Below are positions 38,641 to 53,842 of a DNA stretch of 64,000 bases, one piece after another (the stretch's first letter is position 1; every line of letters starts with the position of its first letter). Below the pieces are notes generated by a model. The model was not told the origin of the DNA. It did not search any database and worked only from the letters and a program-made list of their open reading frames with translations. The DNA comes from Malacoraja senta (lineage: Eukaryota): positions 4,962,001-5,026,000 of the forward strand of contig CM075990.1 of assembly GCA_038087875.1 (NCBI GenBank), in the 5' to 3' direction. The position numbers were made by a program, and so were the translations under genes.

Positions 38641-41600
38641 TCTGAGAGTTGGCACTCAATAGGCTGAAAATTATGAGAAAATATGGGAATCCATTGTTCA
38701 GCATAGTCAGGGCAAAGTGTCACAAATACATAAAGTGGAGAAATCACCTTTGTAGATCCTGTTTCTAATCTTAGCTCTATCCTTCTTGATGCAAAATTGC
38801 TGCAAAAACCACCTGATGTTGGCGTTTAGTCACTAATCTCTTGTAGCAGACACAAAGCTTGAGATGTGCAGCCTCCCTTCACACATTAAAATATACATTG
38901 TCAGTGCTCTAAAGGTTGAATTAAGTGATATGAACAGCTTTTGACCTTTCTTTATCATCACAGCCAATCCATCTATGCTGTCAATTACAAAATAAGATTT
39001 GAGACTCTGGTCTGATTACCCATTCAGCTTCGCTTTGCTATTATCATAAAGGGAATTTTGTTTTGTTTTAAAATAGAAGGCAAACTGGACACTTCGGGAA
39101 TTCTGGAGACACAAGAAACTACAGATGCTGGAATCTTGAGCAAAAAACAAAGTGCTAGAAGAACTCGACAGGAGACATGCTCTCTGGAGAGCATGGACAG
39201 GTGACCTTTCAGGTCGAGTGCCTTCTTCAGACTCCGGCAATTACGGAATTCTATTCTGTATAATTTACCTGGTTGATTTGATCAAAATACAGCACATGAT
39301 CCCTGATCACCAGAGAATTGGATTCCAACCCTTCTCTGCAGCTCAGCAGTGGATTTCAATAAAGTCACAAACACGGCAACCATTGATATTGATTATTAAT
39401 TTCATGTTTGGGGGATTTACTCATATCAACAAAATTACAGCAAAATAGCAGGTTTTTCAAATCTGAACTGGAACATTTTATACAAGGATTTAATTTAAAC
39501 ATATATACATGTATCCAAGGACCAATTATAATTTCTAGGGCTATAAAATACACTGTAGGAGGAAAAATGGAAATAACAAATCTGTTTAAAAAAAAATCAA
39601 TAACAGTCATTTAAATCGGTGTTACTGAACAGAGTCAATCCTCAATGCCAAAACATACCAGTGCATATGCATCCAACAATTTCCATGGAGAATGCTTCAA
39701 AAGTTCCAGAGAAATGTTGTAATGAGTAAGGTGTATACTTTGACTTTGGTGTTGTATTCTAATTCAGAAATCTAATGCTATTCTTTCCATAATCAAAGCT
39801 AAAGTTGCATGGGAAGCAACTCCAAACATGGGATGGTGAATTCCTGTGAGAATGGTGGGTGTGTGAAACAGTGAGGGATGCAAGGGTTTCTGAATCTTCC
39901 TGTCAAAAGAGAAGCAAAGGGAGTTTCCTCACATACTTTAATGATTGATATCAGAAAGTATTTGAGGTTAGAGGATATCTTACAAGCAATCACACTTCAG
40001 AGAATAATCTGTTTCTTGTAAACACTCCTTCTGTGCTCTTACTTTGACACCAAATCCAAAGGCTATATTGTTAAAATAATTGTTCACAACGTTGAACCAC
40101 AACATTACATTTGGAAAACTTCATGGTCAAACTTCTGAAGCTCCTCATCCATCACTAGTGGAGTTATAGAACAGTAAAATCATCAGCCATGCATGAAACT
40201 GGGGGCCGTCTAATACCACGCATTCTTAGAAAATGTCCCTTAAAAAAGTGCACTCTTCACAACCATGTCACCATCAAGATTATTGTGCAAGACTGGTTGT
40301 GAACTTTTCTCGCACATTTTTGTGACTGATGGCGTTCTTCCCTTTCTCAAGGCAGCACCACTGTCACTGGGCACCAACATCAACTGGGCACCATAAGCAT
40401 GTGATAAGATAAAAGGGAAAGTTTCCATGTGCCTCATTTGTGAGCTAGAAAATGGTTTGGGATTATTATATTACGGGGGTGGGGAGGGGGGGGGGAGGGG
40501 GGGGAAGAGACTTTAATTTCATTCTTTGAAAGGAAATCAATTGTCAGAAATATTCAGTCAACGGAGTAACTTTATCAGAAGCTCTGGTCAGGTCAGCTTT
40601 TGTCAAGAAACCTGCCATGGAAACTTATGACAAACGGCAATGAACAGCAATATTATATTTGGTTTCCAAAGTTTAGTTTGGATAGCCTCATTGGGACCCA
40701 ATATCAGAAGCAGACTCCAACAATCAGCTAAAGATAGACACAAAAAGCTGGAGTAACTCAGCGGGACAGGCATCTCTGCATATGGGTGACATTTTGGGTC
40801 TAGATCATTCTTCAGACCAACGATCAGCTGCTATTAATACTATTGGAGAAGGCAATTGAGTGCTAATTCCTAACCCCATCCTTCTGCTCATTGTCAGTAA
40901 GCACAAGGGGCTAGAGGGAACCATGCATTTCTCCTAAATCATTATTAGCTTACCTTCTAGTTATGAATCATCATTTCAAAATCCCCCCCCCCCCCCCCCC
41001 CCAAGTACAGAAACACCATTGTGTTTCCCACCATAAACCGTGTTCATCATTTATAGAGCTCGGCAAGATCACACTTGGTTCCTCAAAAAGACATCCAGCA
41101 TGGCATTATTCTTGTGGCTCAATTACTGGAGGGGAGATCTCAGACTAATCAGCCAATTCCATTAGATTACACGCAGCAGTGGCAGGGTTTGTTTAGAATC
41201 GGGGTGCAGTGAATGACACTGAGTAGGCCACCTAACCTTTAACGAAAATCATAGAATCAATAGCCCCAGTCTTTCAGCCAGTGATTAATTTTTTTTAATT
41301 GCAGAAATTTAGAATAGCCACACAAACTATACAAAGGTGCTCATATAGTTTCTGATTGATTAGGTAATGTGCAACGACAAGTGACTGATTCTCTGAATCC
41401 AGCATGTAGGAGGAAAGTAGTGGCATTGAGACTGTTTTGTTTAACTAGGTAAACTACACTCCAAGGGAGCATCTAGCTTTCCAAGGAATTTGACAACAGT
41501 GTTGAAATATATGGGCAGGTTTGAAGCTGAGTAACAAAGACCCTGACAGCCATGGGGCAGTCACAGTCTCTTTCCCTCTTTGTAGGAAACTGGGGATGTG

Positions 41601-43789
41601 TCTGCCAAATCACAGATCTGTTATGTCCCAAGACCAGAGAAAATAAAAATCAAAGGTAAACATCATGCTATTAATCTTCCCCATAAAAGCAGAATCACTG
41701 AATCACCACAATGAGAAGACAGGTTAGCAATGTGCTGCCAAATAGATTATTTTAAGCAGCATATATTTTGTTACTCCTTTTTATATCTTGAAAGGATCAA
41801 TTTGAATTACAGCACAGACTGCCCACTCGTTCCATAAAGTGGTGATTTCCCTTACTGAAGTCCCACGATATGTCTTCACAGAAATCGTTAATCAAAGGCC
41901 AGGATTCTCAGTCTGGATTATCCAGGAACTGTACTAACCACTTAGCCAATGCTTTTTCTTTGTACTTCCAACTGTTATCTCATTGTAATATTGGTAATAA
42001 TCAGTTCTGTCAAAGATGTGGGGTGAAAAGAGCCGACTGTAAATGTGATTAGCTATCGTGCAGCTCACTGTTCTTCCTCACAAACAGCAAGGGATATGAA
42101 GGCTTCAGAAAACTCATTGTGAACCGTGAAGATTTTCTCCAACAGACTGGATAATTTCTCAAGATAGGACGAACAGGCAAGTGAGGCAAAATCCCTCTTG
42201 AAGGGTTTAGATAGAAAGTGAGGTGGATAACCTTAAGTGATGAGGTGGAATGGTGATTCTGGACAGGGAGTGAAGTGGGTTACATTAAAAAAAAAAATCC
42301 GGGTGTGTCTGAAAGGCCTGGTCAATCTCTCTTCATTTGCTCACTGACCCATTTCCATTTTTTTCCCCTGTTTTTTATTCAGATTCACAGCACTTATGGA
42401 ATTTCCCTTTCAGTTCAGCACATTAGCTCAAAAGGAAAGTAAAACAGAATAAGGTTTTAATCAGTTTACACTCAGATCGCTTCTCAATTTGAAGCAGGCA
42501 GAGTAGTGTAAAATGAAAGTGAAGGCAGGAATTAGTATTTCAGGCTGCTAACTTTTCATCAGAAGAGGAAAAAGGTCACAATGATATATTTCAAGCAGAC
42601 ACAATGGCATGGGAAGTGTGAAAAGGAAAGAGTGCAAAGTCGTTTGATATTGCTCAAAGCAAGTGAGGTTAAACCATAGGGATATTAAAACTATAGGAGT
42701 TACCCCAAAGGCGTTGTATGATTTGGATTATTATTGGTTTAGTAAGTTGTAGAATGTCGATGTTTGAAATGGAAGACATTTTGTACAAGCTACATCTGGG
42801 GTAGAGTAGACAATGTAGGGGAGGTGGAGGAAGTGCAGGACCAAGAGGGAGGAAGCACAAGAAAATACAAGTATGGGCAGGGAGAAATAACTATACACTA
42901 ACACAGTGGCTAAGAAACAGATAGCCAGACACACAGGCAAATAGAAAGACTGGAGTGCTGCAAAAGTTAAATTATATAAGTGCAACCAGAATTACCCTAA
43001 AAGATCTCATCCACGGTACTATCTCTCAAACTAATAGCAATAGAGCTTGAAAGACACAACGGATAATATTCAAGATTGTGACATTAAATCATCGTAGCTT
43101 GGTCTGATGCTCTGCCCTACTTTAGCACTTTTTAGGGGATGCAGTGCCATACATAAAATGTTTGACCTTGTCCCGTGATAAAAGTTAAAAGCATTTTTTG
43201 TTTTCCCCAAGTGACAACAATATTTCATTTGATGTTATGCTTAATATCGTCACTTTGTTATTATTTGAAACCAACCATTTTCAGGCCTGACCATGTCATT
43301 GAATTCTTCACAAATCACAGGCTTTCACAATCCCAGACCAGCCTTTTCAAAATCCAAATATAGACGGTCAAAGTGATAAACCTCCATATGTAAGTCCTGT
43401 GCATGGAAACCTTTAGCACTGAGTCCAATGTTACCACTCCAACGGCCGGCAAGAGCACAAAGACCTTCATTGTTTAAAAAAAATAAACATAAATCCTTTT
43501 TAAATGGGTTGAAAGTGGTCTACGCACACATTCAGTGTTAAACATTTCTGGGGAGATGTGCCAATTAACTGATAACAGACTTCCATTTTCAGAACCTTCT
43601 GTCCAACAGGCACATGGATGGTGGATTCAACAATTCACCTCAATGATCGATGGCAGCCGATTTTGAATAAGAAAAGTTCCTGTGTTTCTTTAAGTGCAGG
43701 CACGCAATGTTCATGGTACTGTATGCTCAGTCTCTCTCTGGCGCCATTTACTTTCGGAAAGCATCGGTGAACAGTCCGCAGCAAGACGA

Positions 43790-43846
43790 TTAACTGTAAG
43801 GTTGATCATATCGGCCTTTAATCATCATTCTTAATAATGGCCCGAC
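43790..43846 (-). CDS. HIF1AN: HIF1AN last coding exon
   Basis: ctag acceptor; VGPLLRMMIKGRYDQPYS* vs human VGPLLNTMIKGRYN*. Confidence 0.93.
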   Translation of the reverse strand, partial: VGPLLRMMIKGRYDQPYS

Positions 43847-44104
43847 CTAGTCAGGAAGGAAATAAATAATGAGCCTCATCATATTGCCCAGGCAATTAGG
43901 AACCGATGGATTATCCAAAACTGATAATGCAACATGAAAGGGCAAGCACACCCATGCAATCTCTGTGTAATTTCTGCATTCCATGTTGATTGCCGATCTG
44001 TTTTCCAATCTTATTGCAGGTCACTGCTGGGAAGGAATTATTTTGCTCGGCATTTTATTTCTCTGCTCCTGCTGTTCACTTGTATCACTTTGACTCACTT
44101 TCAC

Positions 44105-44270
44105 CAGAGCTATGAGATTCGGGGTTCAAGCCCCACTTCAGGTCCCAACAACATAAAATAAGTCTAGCGTTTTCGTAGACTACTAAGGGAGCGTTACACT
44201 GTAACAGCTGGTAACGTTTGACTAAGATATTAAACCAAGCCACAGTTTATCTGTTCATATGAATGTTAGT
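44105..44270 (+). mobile_element. Old Deu-domain SINE-like remnant
   Basis: ggttcaagccccact...tactaagggagcgttacactgt...gatattaaaccaag resembles the Deu-domain consensus as I recall it; a second remnant lies at about 44545-44700. Confidence 0.4.
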
Positions 44271-45766
44271 AATATTCTCCAGAGACTGTCACTCCATGCA
44301 TTTATTTCAGGTAAACACAAGGAGTTATTTTTTTGGTCTGATGAGAGGTATAGTTACTACAGCTGTTTCTGTGTTGAGAAACCCCAGTCAATGGTGCATG
44401 ATGTGACTAGAGTTGAAAGTCAAGGACATAAGTGGACAAACTAGAAAGGAGCAATTAGGTAGAATGAAGGCAGTAATTTGAAACCCCATTACAAAAGGAA
44501 GAAAATACAAGACAGTGCATCAAGTTAAAAAAAAAAAAGTTTGAGCCAGTCATGGGTTCAAATCCCTGTTCCAAGATTTGAGGAGACAGTCTAACATATC
44601 AATATACAATTTGGAGAGAGTTGCCACAGTTTGATGAGATGTCAAGCTGGAATGTATGAATGTATGTCTGACTCTTCAAGTGGATGTGAAGGAAGGCAAG
44701 ACTCAACAAGCTCTTCTGTGTCAACACCAGCATTCATCCTTTCAAGATCACTGGCAATTATCTTTTCAGCAGCTTGTGAGATCTAGTGGTCAAACTGACA
44801 TCAAACTACTGCATGAGATTATTAGTCAGTGTATCTTGGACACATGAACACTTGAAGATGTGAACAATATCACATAAAAGCAAAATCTCTTTAGGTTAAA
44901 TTAAATAACCAGGAATGAGCTTACTGCACACTGAAATGGACACTGGTTGAGGAACGTTTTTTTGTTTCCTCTGGGTATGTGAATACTCAGGAAATGATAA
45001 TAAAGATATACAATACAATACATGCAGTGGTTCTCAACGAACAGGCTACATGCAGTTATGTTTAATTTAAAAGTTGGTACATTTTTACTTCATTTGTTAA
45101 ACTAGAACATGCATGTTAGATTTTTAAACGTAGAAGTAAACTGTAGAACAGATTGTTTTGCATTAGTCAGATAACAAATATGTAGCATTTTATAAATCAA
45201 TGCATTTTATAAATGAATAAACTGTGTCACTGTGGCCCACTTTACATGGTGAAAGCTGCAAGGATGACCCACTGTGGCAAATAGGCTGGGAATAGATTCA
45301 TTCACTAGTGAAAGAAAACATGAATCAGAGGACCTGATGTGACTGACTCCTGTTAAATCAAAAGCGAAGTGTAAAAAATCAAATGAAGATTTATCAGTGC
45401 TGTTGAAAATGGGTTTAACTAATTTGGCAGGAAAATGGGGGCACAGAGTTGATGTTTATTTGGGGTGGAAGTGTGATCAAATATAGATGGAAAATAAAGT
45501 CAGTCTAGCTGCAGATCACATGCAAGGCATGTGAAAAATGCAAAGCCAATCCATTTTCACACAGGAAGTCTGTGGTAAGACAGATTAACTTAAGAACACG
45601 GATCAGCACCTGGAAATCTAATACCGTTGCTAACACTGAAACATGGCTGAAAAAAGGTTTGACATCTCAGCATTCTAGAATATAAAATCTTCAGATTTGA
45701 CTGGTTTGGGGGAAGGTGTAAAAGGGATGATGGCATTGTAATATCAATTAAGGAATCCATTACTTA

Positions 45767-46066
45767 GGGTGGCACAGTGGCGCAGCGGTAGAGCTGCTGC
45801 CCCACAGTACCAGAGAACCGAGTTCGACCCCGACTACGGGTGCTGTCTGTGTGGAGTTTGTAATCGCGAGGGTTTTCTCTGGGCGCTCTGGTTTCCTCCC
45901 ACATTCCAAAGACATGCAGGTTTGTAGGTTAATTTGCTTCTGTAAATTGCCCCAAGTGTGTCGAATGTGAGAGCATAGAACTAGTGTGTGGGTGATGGGT
46001 GTGGGTTGGTGTGGACTTGTTGGGCTGAACGGTCTGTGTCCACGCTGTATCTCTAAACTAAACTAA
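45767..46066 (+). mobile_element. tRNA-derived V-SINE, full length
   Basis: gggtggcacagtggcgcagcggtagag...gttcgaccc...ggtttcctcccaca...(ctaaa)n tail. Confidence 0.88.
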
Positions 46067-46500
46067 ATTACCACAGTCACGAAGAAGGATATCCTAGGAG
46101 GCTCTTCATTTGTGGCTATATGGATACAGCCCAGTAGGGTAGGACAATTTCAACATCTTCAGGCAGGAGCTGGGAGCACATACTTGCAGGTAAGTCTATG
46201 TCAGACAAGTGGGAGTCGTTCAACAGTGAAACAATGAGAGTTCAGGGCTAACCTCCTTTCACGGGTGAAAGGTACAGACATCAGATCCAAGGAACCCAGG
46301 ATGTCAAGTATGATCAAAGGTAAGGGGATTATTATTGATGGATACTTGATGGTCAATGCAAATATGGTGACAGAAGGGGCTGTTTCTGTGTAGTGTAACT
46401 CAGTGAAATGGGTTTGCCGGGTTTTGAAGTGCACTTTATATTAACTGTTTAACACGTTACAACTTGTATTGAGCTATTGAAGTTACACATAGACAAATTA

Positions 46501-46725
<225 letters not shown>

Positions 46726-46897
46726 TCAAGCATTACATATCGACAGCCCTCCCATGAATACATAGGCAGAATACGTTTTAAAAATATAACACCTATCATT
46801 TCCTGTCTGAGAAAAAATATTTCTCAGTACTTTATCAAGTAATGAAATTTGTTTGTGTGCAGAAATAATCTTAAAATGGATGACACCTACTTCTGAA

Positions 46898-47371
46898 GGT
46901 AGACAAAAAAGCTGGAGAAACTCAGCGGGTGAGGCAGCATCTATGGAGCGAAGGAATAGGTGACGTTTCGGGTCGAGACCCTTCTTCAGACTGATGTGGG
47001 GGGCGGGAAGAAGAAAGGAAGAGGCGGAGACAGTGGGCTGTGGGAGAGCTGGGAAGGGGAAGGAGGGAGAAAGCAAGGACTACCTGAAATTGGAGAAGTC
47101 AATGTTAATACCGCTGAGGTGTAAACTACCCAAGTGAAATATGAGGTGCTGCTCCTCCAATTTGCAGTGGGACTCACTCTGGCCATGGAGGAGGCCCAGG
47201 ACTGAAAGGTCGGATATGGAATGTGAGGGGGAGTTGAAGTGCTGAGCCACCGGGAGATCAGGTTCGTTAATGCGAACTGTGCGGAGGTGTTGGGCGAAGC
47301 GATCGCCAAGCCGGCGCTTGGTTTCACCGATGTAGAGCAGTTGACACCTAGAGTAGCGGATGCAATAGATG
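46898..47371 (-). mobile_element. 5'-truncated Penelope-like retroelement: GIY-YIG endonuclease region plus 3' terminal repeat
   Basis: Open frame 47370-47080: IYCIRYSRCQLLYIGETKRRLGDRFAQHLRTVR...PVAQHFNSPSHS...LEEQHLIFHLGSLHLSGINIDFSNFR*; flanked by the 12-bp direct repeat cctacttctgaa (46886-46897, 47372-47383). Confidence 0.9.
46962..46989 (-). ncRNA. Putative minimal type I hammerhead ribozyme core in the Penelope terminal repeat
   Basis: CUGAAGA-A-GGGUC-UC-GACCC-GAAAC-GUC: conserved CUGANGA and GAAA boxes, stem II and a GUC triplet; stems I and III are very short. Confidence 0.6.
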
Positions 47372-47507
47372 CCTACTTCTGAAAATTGGTCATTTTAACT
47401 GTAGGACAAAGGAGGTTTAATTTGTAATCTTCAATCATGTACTAACTTTATAGTGACAAATTGATAATGTTCCATGGTATTTTTTGATTTAAGAGCTAAA
47501 TGTAATA

Positions 47508-48042
<535 letters not shown>

Positions 48043-48151
48043 TTAACAGCAGCAACATGTTGCTGAAATTATACATTTATCATCATTGGCATCTACTCAT
48101 CTTCATCCAGCATTACAGAAAAACAGTGTGTGTGATGGGAGAGAGACATCT

Positions 48152-48738
48152 TAGAAACATAGAAAATTGGTGCAGGAGGAGGCCATTCGGCCCTTCGAAT
48201 CTGGATGCAAATTCATTGTGATCATGGCTGATCGTCCCCTATCAATAACCCGTGCCTGCCTTCTCCCCATACACCTTGATTCCACTAGCCTCTAGAGCTC
48301 TATCTAACTCTCTCTTAAATCCATCCAGTGACTTGGCCTCCACTGCCCCCTGTGGCAGGGAATTCCATAAATTCACAACTCTCTGGGTGAAAAAGTTTTT
48401 TCTCACCTCAGTCTTAAATGACCTCCCCTTTATTCTAAGACTGTGGCCCCTGGTTCTGGACTCGCCCCACATTGGGAACATTTTTCCTGCATCTAGCTTG
48501 TCCAGTCCTTTTATAATTTTATATGTTTCTATAAGATCCCCCCTCATCCTTCTAAACTCCAGTAAATACAAGCCTAGTCTTTTCAATCTTTCCTCATATG
48601 ACAGTCCCGCCATCCCAGGGATCAATCTCGTGAACCTACGCTGCACTGCCTCAATCACAAGGATGTCCTTCCTCAAATTAGGAGACCAAAACTGTACACA
48701 ATACTCCAGATGTGGTCTCACCAGAGCCCTATACAATT
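48152..48738 (-). mobile_element. CR1-type LINE 3' fragment with an intact reading frame
   Basis: QLYRALVRPHLEYCVQFWSP...FKRELDRAL, open for about 165 codons, plus the tail. Confidence 0.93.
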
Positions 48739-49381
48739 GCTTGTTTCTCTTTACGAAACATTTCTCCACTGGATGGAGGAACAGATACCTAAATTAGAGT
48801 ATACCCCTCCTCCCACTCCCTCCCCCCTGTACAATACAGGTTTGCTGAAGATTTAGAAGAAGGACACTACTAATAACAAGAGGAGGAATCTGGATGCAAA
48901 TGCATATGATTCCTCTCACTTCTAAATATATCCTAGTGTACAGTAAAATGATCAAAACACTTGTAGATGAGAATATTTGGGCATGCCTCGAGGCTACAGA
49001 AATTGAAGAATGATACCAAATATTTAGTTTAGTGATACAGCATGGAAACAGGCCCTTCGGCCCAGCGAAAAACCATGCTCAGCATATTAAAGTAAATACT
49101 TATAGGTTTGAATGCACAATTCATTCACAATGTATTTTGGCTCAAATGATTCCAATCAGCAGCAATAGCACTACTACATTGGATTAATGCATTTTGCATT
49201 AATAATTTGATCTTAAATTGATAGACATGTAATTTGCAAAGATAAATACATAAAATTTCACATTGCATTTATTGCTGAAAATCTTGATTAAAAAAAGGAA
49301 CGAAAATTGAAATGCAGTTATGGGCCAAATGTTCCTGTATTGGTTTGCAACGGATATTATTTTTGACTCTTGCTTCACTTA

Positions 49382-49504
<123 letters not shown>

Positions 49505-50469
49505 TCATTTTAACCATCAATGTTTAAAAAATAATAATAATATTCACTTAAAAAGCTTCTATCTATACAGATACTGATACCTGTCATTCTGAGAGGAAAA
49601 TAACATAACTGAGGTTTAATTACTTCGGATGGTCTCGTCCAAACAAAATAATTTTCTTACACATTTGTGCTGTATCTTTATTCATTTAAGCCAAGAAACA
49701 ACTTGACGATTGTTTTACAAAAAAAACATTGCTTCCGTCTGTTTCTGTGCACACTTTCTGTGTGTTTTTCTCTTCTGATTTCTCATTCATCTTTTTTGTT
49801 TATGCTTACATTTCCTCCTGCTCTCCGAGTAGAATGTCTGTGTACATGCACACATAAATGCAGGACTGATAATATTAGGAAGCAGGTAGATAGACAGCCC
49901 TGCCTCAATTTTTAATACCTTCTCCAATCATAGAATTCTGATACGAGTTTGACAATGCAATAAATGCAATCTTTCATGCAGGAGATTATTTTGTGCGTTT
50001 TATATTCTGCTGCTCCTGATATTCCTTAAGATGAACTCACCAATTTAGCACTGCATCTGCTGATTAAATTTACTAATCTCTGATGTAAAGTTTAAATGCT
50101 TTAATATTTTTCTTTCTGTTGCTGCTACATCTGTATCAGTCCATGAAGAAGTGTGATGGGTCCAAGCTGAGCTTTCTATTTCAATGCTGCAGCAGGAAAA
50201 CTGGATGTCGGTCCAGGGGAGAGAAAACATGTTAGATCTCCCTGGCCGTTTAGAAGCAGCGATAAGCCAAACTGAGATGATTAGTGTCGACAACCGCCTA
50301 CAGGCACTTTCCTTATCAAATGCATCCAATGGGAAGCCCAGGACAACCAAAAAACAACCCCCATTTGAAAGTAAAAGTATCAAATACTTCAGGACACCAC
50401 AGGCCACTAAGGACAAAATATTAAGATGGGTACTTTTTTCTTAACTGCATCACTTTGGAAAATTTACTA

Positions 50470-50703
<234 letters not shown>

Positions 50704-52981
50704 TCAAACAAGTATCAAAAATTGCAACAGAATCAGCAGAAAAATTAACGCTTATTCCAGTCAATGGCAAGTTATTCATTTTAATTGATTTCATTAACGG
50801 TTTGAATTACTGAAAGAAAATAAGTAATCACCAGAAATAGCAATTCCTATCGTAATTCAAAGAACGTCTTTTGGACTATCCCGGCTTCCTCGGGTGACGT
50901 AAATCACTAATGATTTCCCTTCCTTTCTCATAGATCGTAAGATTAAACACAAGTCTCGTCTAACATTGAAGCAATTTTAAATCTCTCAATCCACACAGAT
51001 GTTTCAGTTACTGTTCAAATAATCCAACCGCTCCATCAGTAACAAATAGTTGAGCCACTATTCATTCTTCCTGCGACATGAATATGAAAATATATTCACC
51101 CTGCATTCTCTTCTTCGACACAGTAACCAGATTGATATTAAATTTACAGCATAGAAACAGACCCATGCTCCACTTTATGATCTTTAGGAGCCTCATTTCT
51201 ATGTGAATTGGGAACAACTCTCGGCACTTGGTTTCGCATGTCTGCTCTGCCATTTAATAAGATCATGTAATCTCATCGGGCCATCCTCGGTAACATTTTA
51301 GCTCTTTGCTTATCAAGAATCTCTCTACTTAAAAATGTTCAAAGGAACAGAATTCCAATATCTCGCTGATTTCTCCGAGAAAATGTTTGCCTCGCCTCTG
51401 CCGTAAATAGCTAACCCCTTATTTCGTATTCAACGACCTCTAGTTCCAGGTTCTTCTAAAGAGCAGATATCCTCTCCACATCCACCCTGTGATAAAATGT
51501 TATATGTTGCAATTAAGTCCATTTTCATTCTGCTAAACTCCAGTGGAAAACAAGGCGAGCATATCCAACTACTTCTTGTAAGACAAGCATTATTCTAGTA
51601 ATTCTTCTCTGAGCTGATTCCAGTGCATATCCTTCCATAAATAAAAGAGGTGGCCAATAATACCAAGCATTAAAGATGTTGTCTTATCAATGCCCCTGGC
51701 AACTGAAGAATGACCTCCCTATTTTGTATTCCTACTGAAGCAGTCTACCCTTCTTTGCTTTTCTCCACCATATATTAATTTCGCTTCTCCGAAATGCATC
51801 AACACTATTTAGAACTTTCACCTCCACGACTCTGCTTACATTAATGCATGTGAAGAATTAAACAAAAATAGGAAGGACAATAGGAAGGACCAATTTTCCT
51901 TAGTAACAGGGTCAGAAACACAAGAGCGTAGAGTTTAAGTAATTAGTTAAAGGAGCAGAGAAGATTAGGCTGTTTTGTTATCCAGAGGATAGTAGGGTCA
52001 GTGAAAGAAGCTGCCGACAAAGCAGAAACACTCTTTACATTTAATTGGTCCTTGCAGCCACGATCTTGAGGATTATTGACCTAGAACTGTAAACTGGGAT
52101 CAGGATGGGCATCTGTACATCCATTGGCTGACACAATTGGCTGGTTTCCTGCATTGTTGATTTTCGAGGATTCAAATTTCCTGACATTATGTGCACATTT
52201 GTCTTTTAGCCGTATGAGCTTGTGGTCTACTCATCCCAAATCTCAAGCTTCATTTGAATCCGTTTCTCTCGACTTCTTTTTCATTCCATTTATTTACATG
52301 CATGTCCAAAAGGCAAGTGCTGCTAGCTCTTCAGCAGGGTGGAAAGCCTACATTTCTCTAGTGTTTCTTTTTATATTCTACTGACAAGCTAATCGGACTT
52401 CTCTGAACACTGCTTAAATGTGTCTTCGTGCCTCTCTAAGTATAACAGCACAAAGGTGTGGTTGGACCAGATCAGTGGACAGGTTCCATACAAGTGTCTC
52501 TGCTTGTGGTCTACTCGCATGGCCACTTTACAGAGCTCACCACATTGTTGCCTATTACCCAAATAAGTTATTCATTTAAATACCTGCAGTGGCTGTGCTG
52601 GCTCGAAGGGCCAAATGGCCTACTCCTGCACCTATTGTCTGTTGTCTATTGTAACTCCAAAAACTTGATTCGCCAACTACTTCTAACCATGGATTCCGTC
52701 ACTTTTCAAAAAGGTGATTCCATCTTTTAACATTCCTCCACCTATTCTACCAATCTCTCCATCCATTCTTGGTTTACGATGGCTTTGAATATCGTCACTC
52801 ACTCATTAAATAGATTTTCTTTAGTTACACAATCAAAACCTCTCTCAGTTTCAAAGACCATACATTTTCACCAAGATTAGTTAACTATGTTGGGAATTTC
52901 AAACAACATGATGAATTACACAAATAATGATTGTTTGTAACTGGATGTGGTTACTTTACAGAATTTTTCTTAGACAATTCA

Positions 52982-53251
<270 letters not shown>

Positions 53252-53842
53252 TTAAACCGGGACCTAACGGAAGATCAAAGGAAAATAACAAAAGGAGACA
53301 ATTACATTAAACGGTGTATATCTGGGCATGACTAATCTCTCTATCAGGAGATAGTCATCCATCATTTTCCCATGAAGACATTTATTCCATTAACTCTTTC
53401 TCCCCCCACAGATGCACCCTGACAAGTTAAATGTTTCTAGACTTCCAGCACCTCTCGTCTTTATGTTTATAGCAAACTTATTTTCATGTAACACTTTCAA
53501 CATATTTAATTGACTAGGTGCTTTACAAGAGATAAACAAACAAAATTAGTTCCTCCTCAATATATTTATGAAATCAATAACACACTGCATTTGTTTATGG
53601 TCTCCAGTGGAAACATTTCTGCACCCATCTTACTTAGGTTCTTCACAAATTTAATGATTTAGAAGTCTTCAACCTTTACCCATTTGTACACTCTTAGAAA
53701 CCTACCTCTTAAAGAAACTTGGATGGGTTGATATTAAACATTACTTGATTATACTCGTATGAAGTGTATTGGGGATTTTTACACAAGAACACCAGGTCTC
53801 TCAAGCCTGCCCTGCTATTCAATATGATAACAGCATTAAATA

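Noticed and set aside
45767..45835. tRNA-like sequence with A and B boxes (also near 7050-7120 and 30600-30680)
   Set aside because: Head of a V-SINE followed by the SINE body and tail, not a tRNA gene
48252..48797. 181-aa plus-strand ORF
   Set aside because: Antisense shadow of the CR1 ORF2 fragment; the same shadow appears on other CR1 copies
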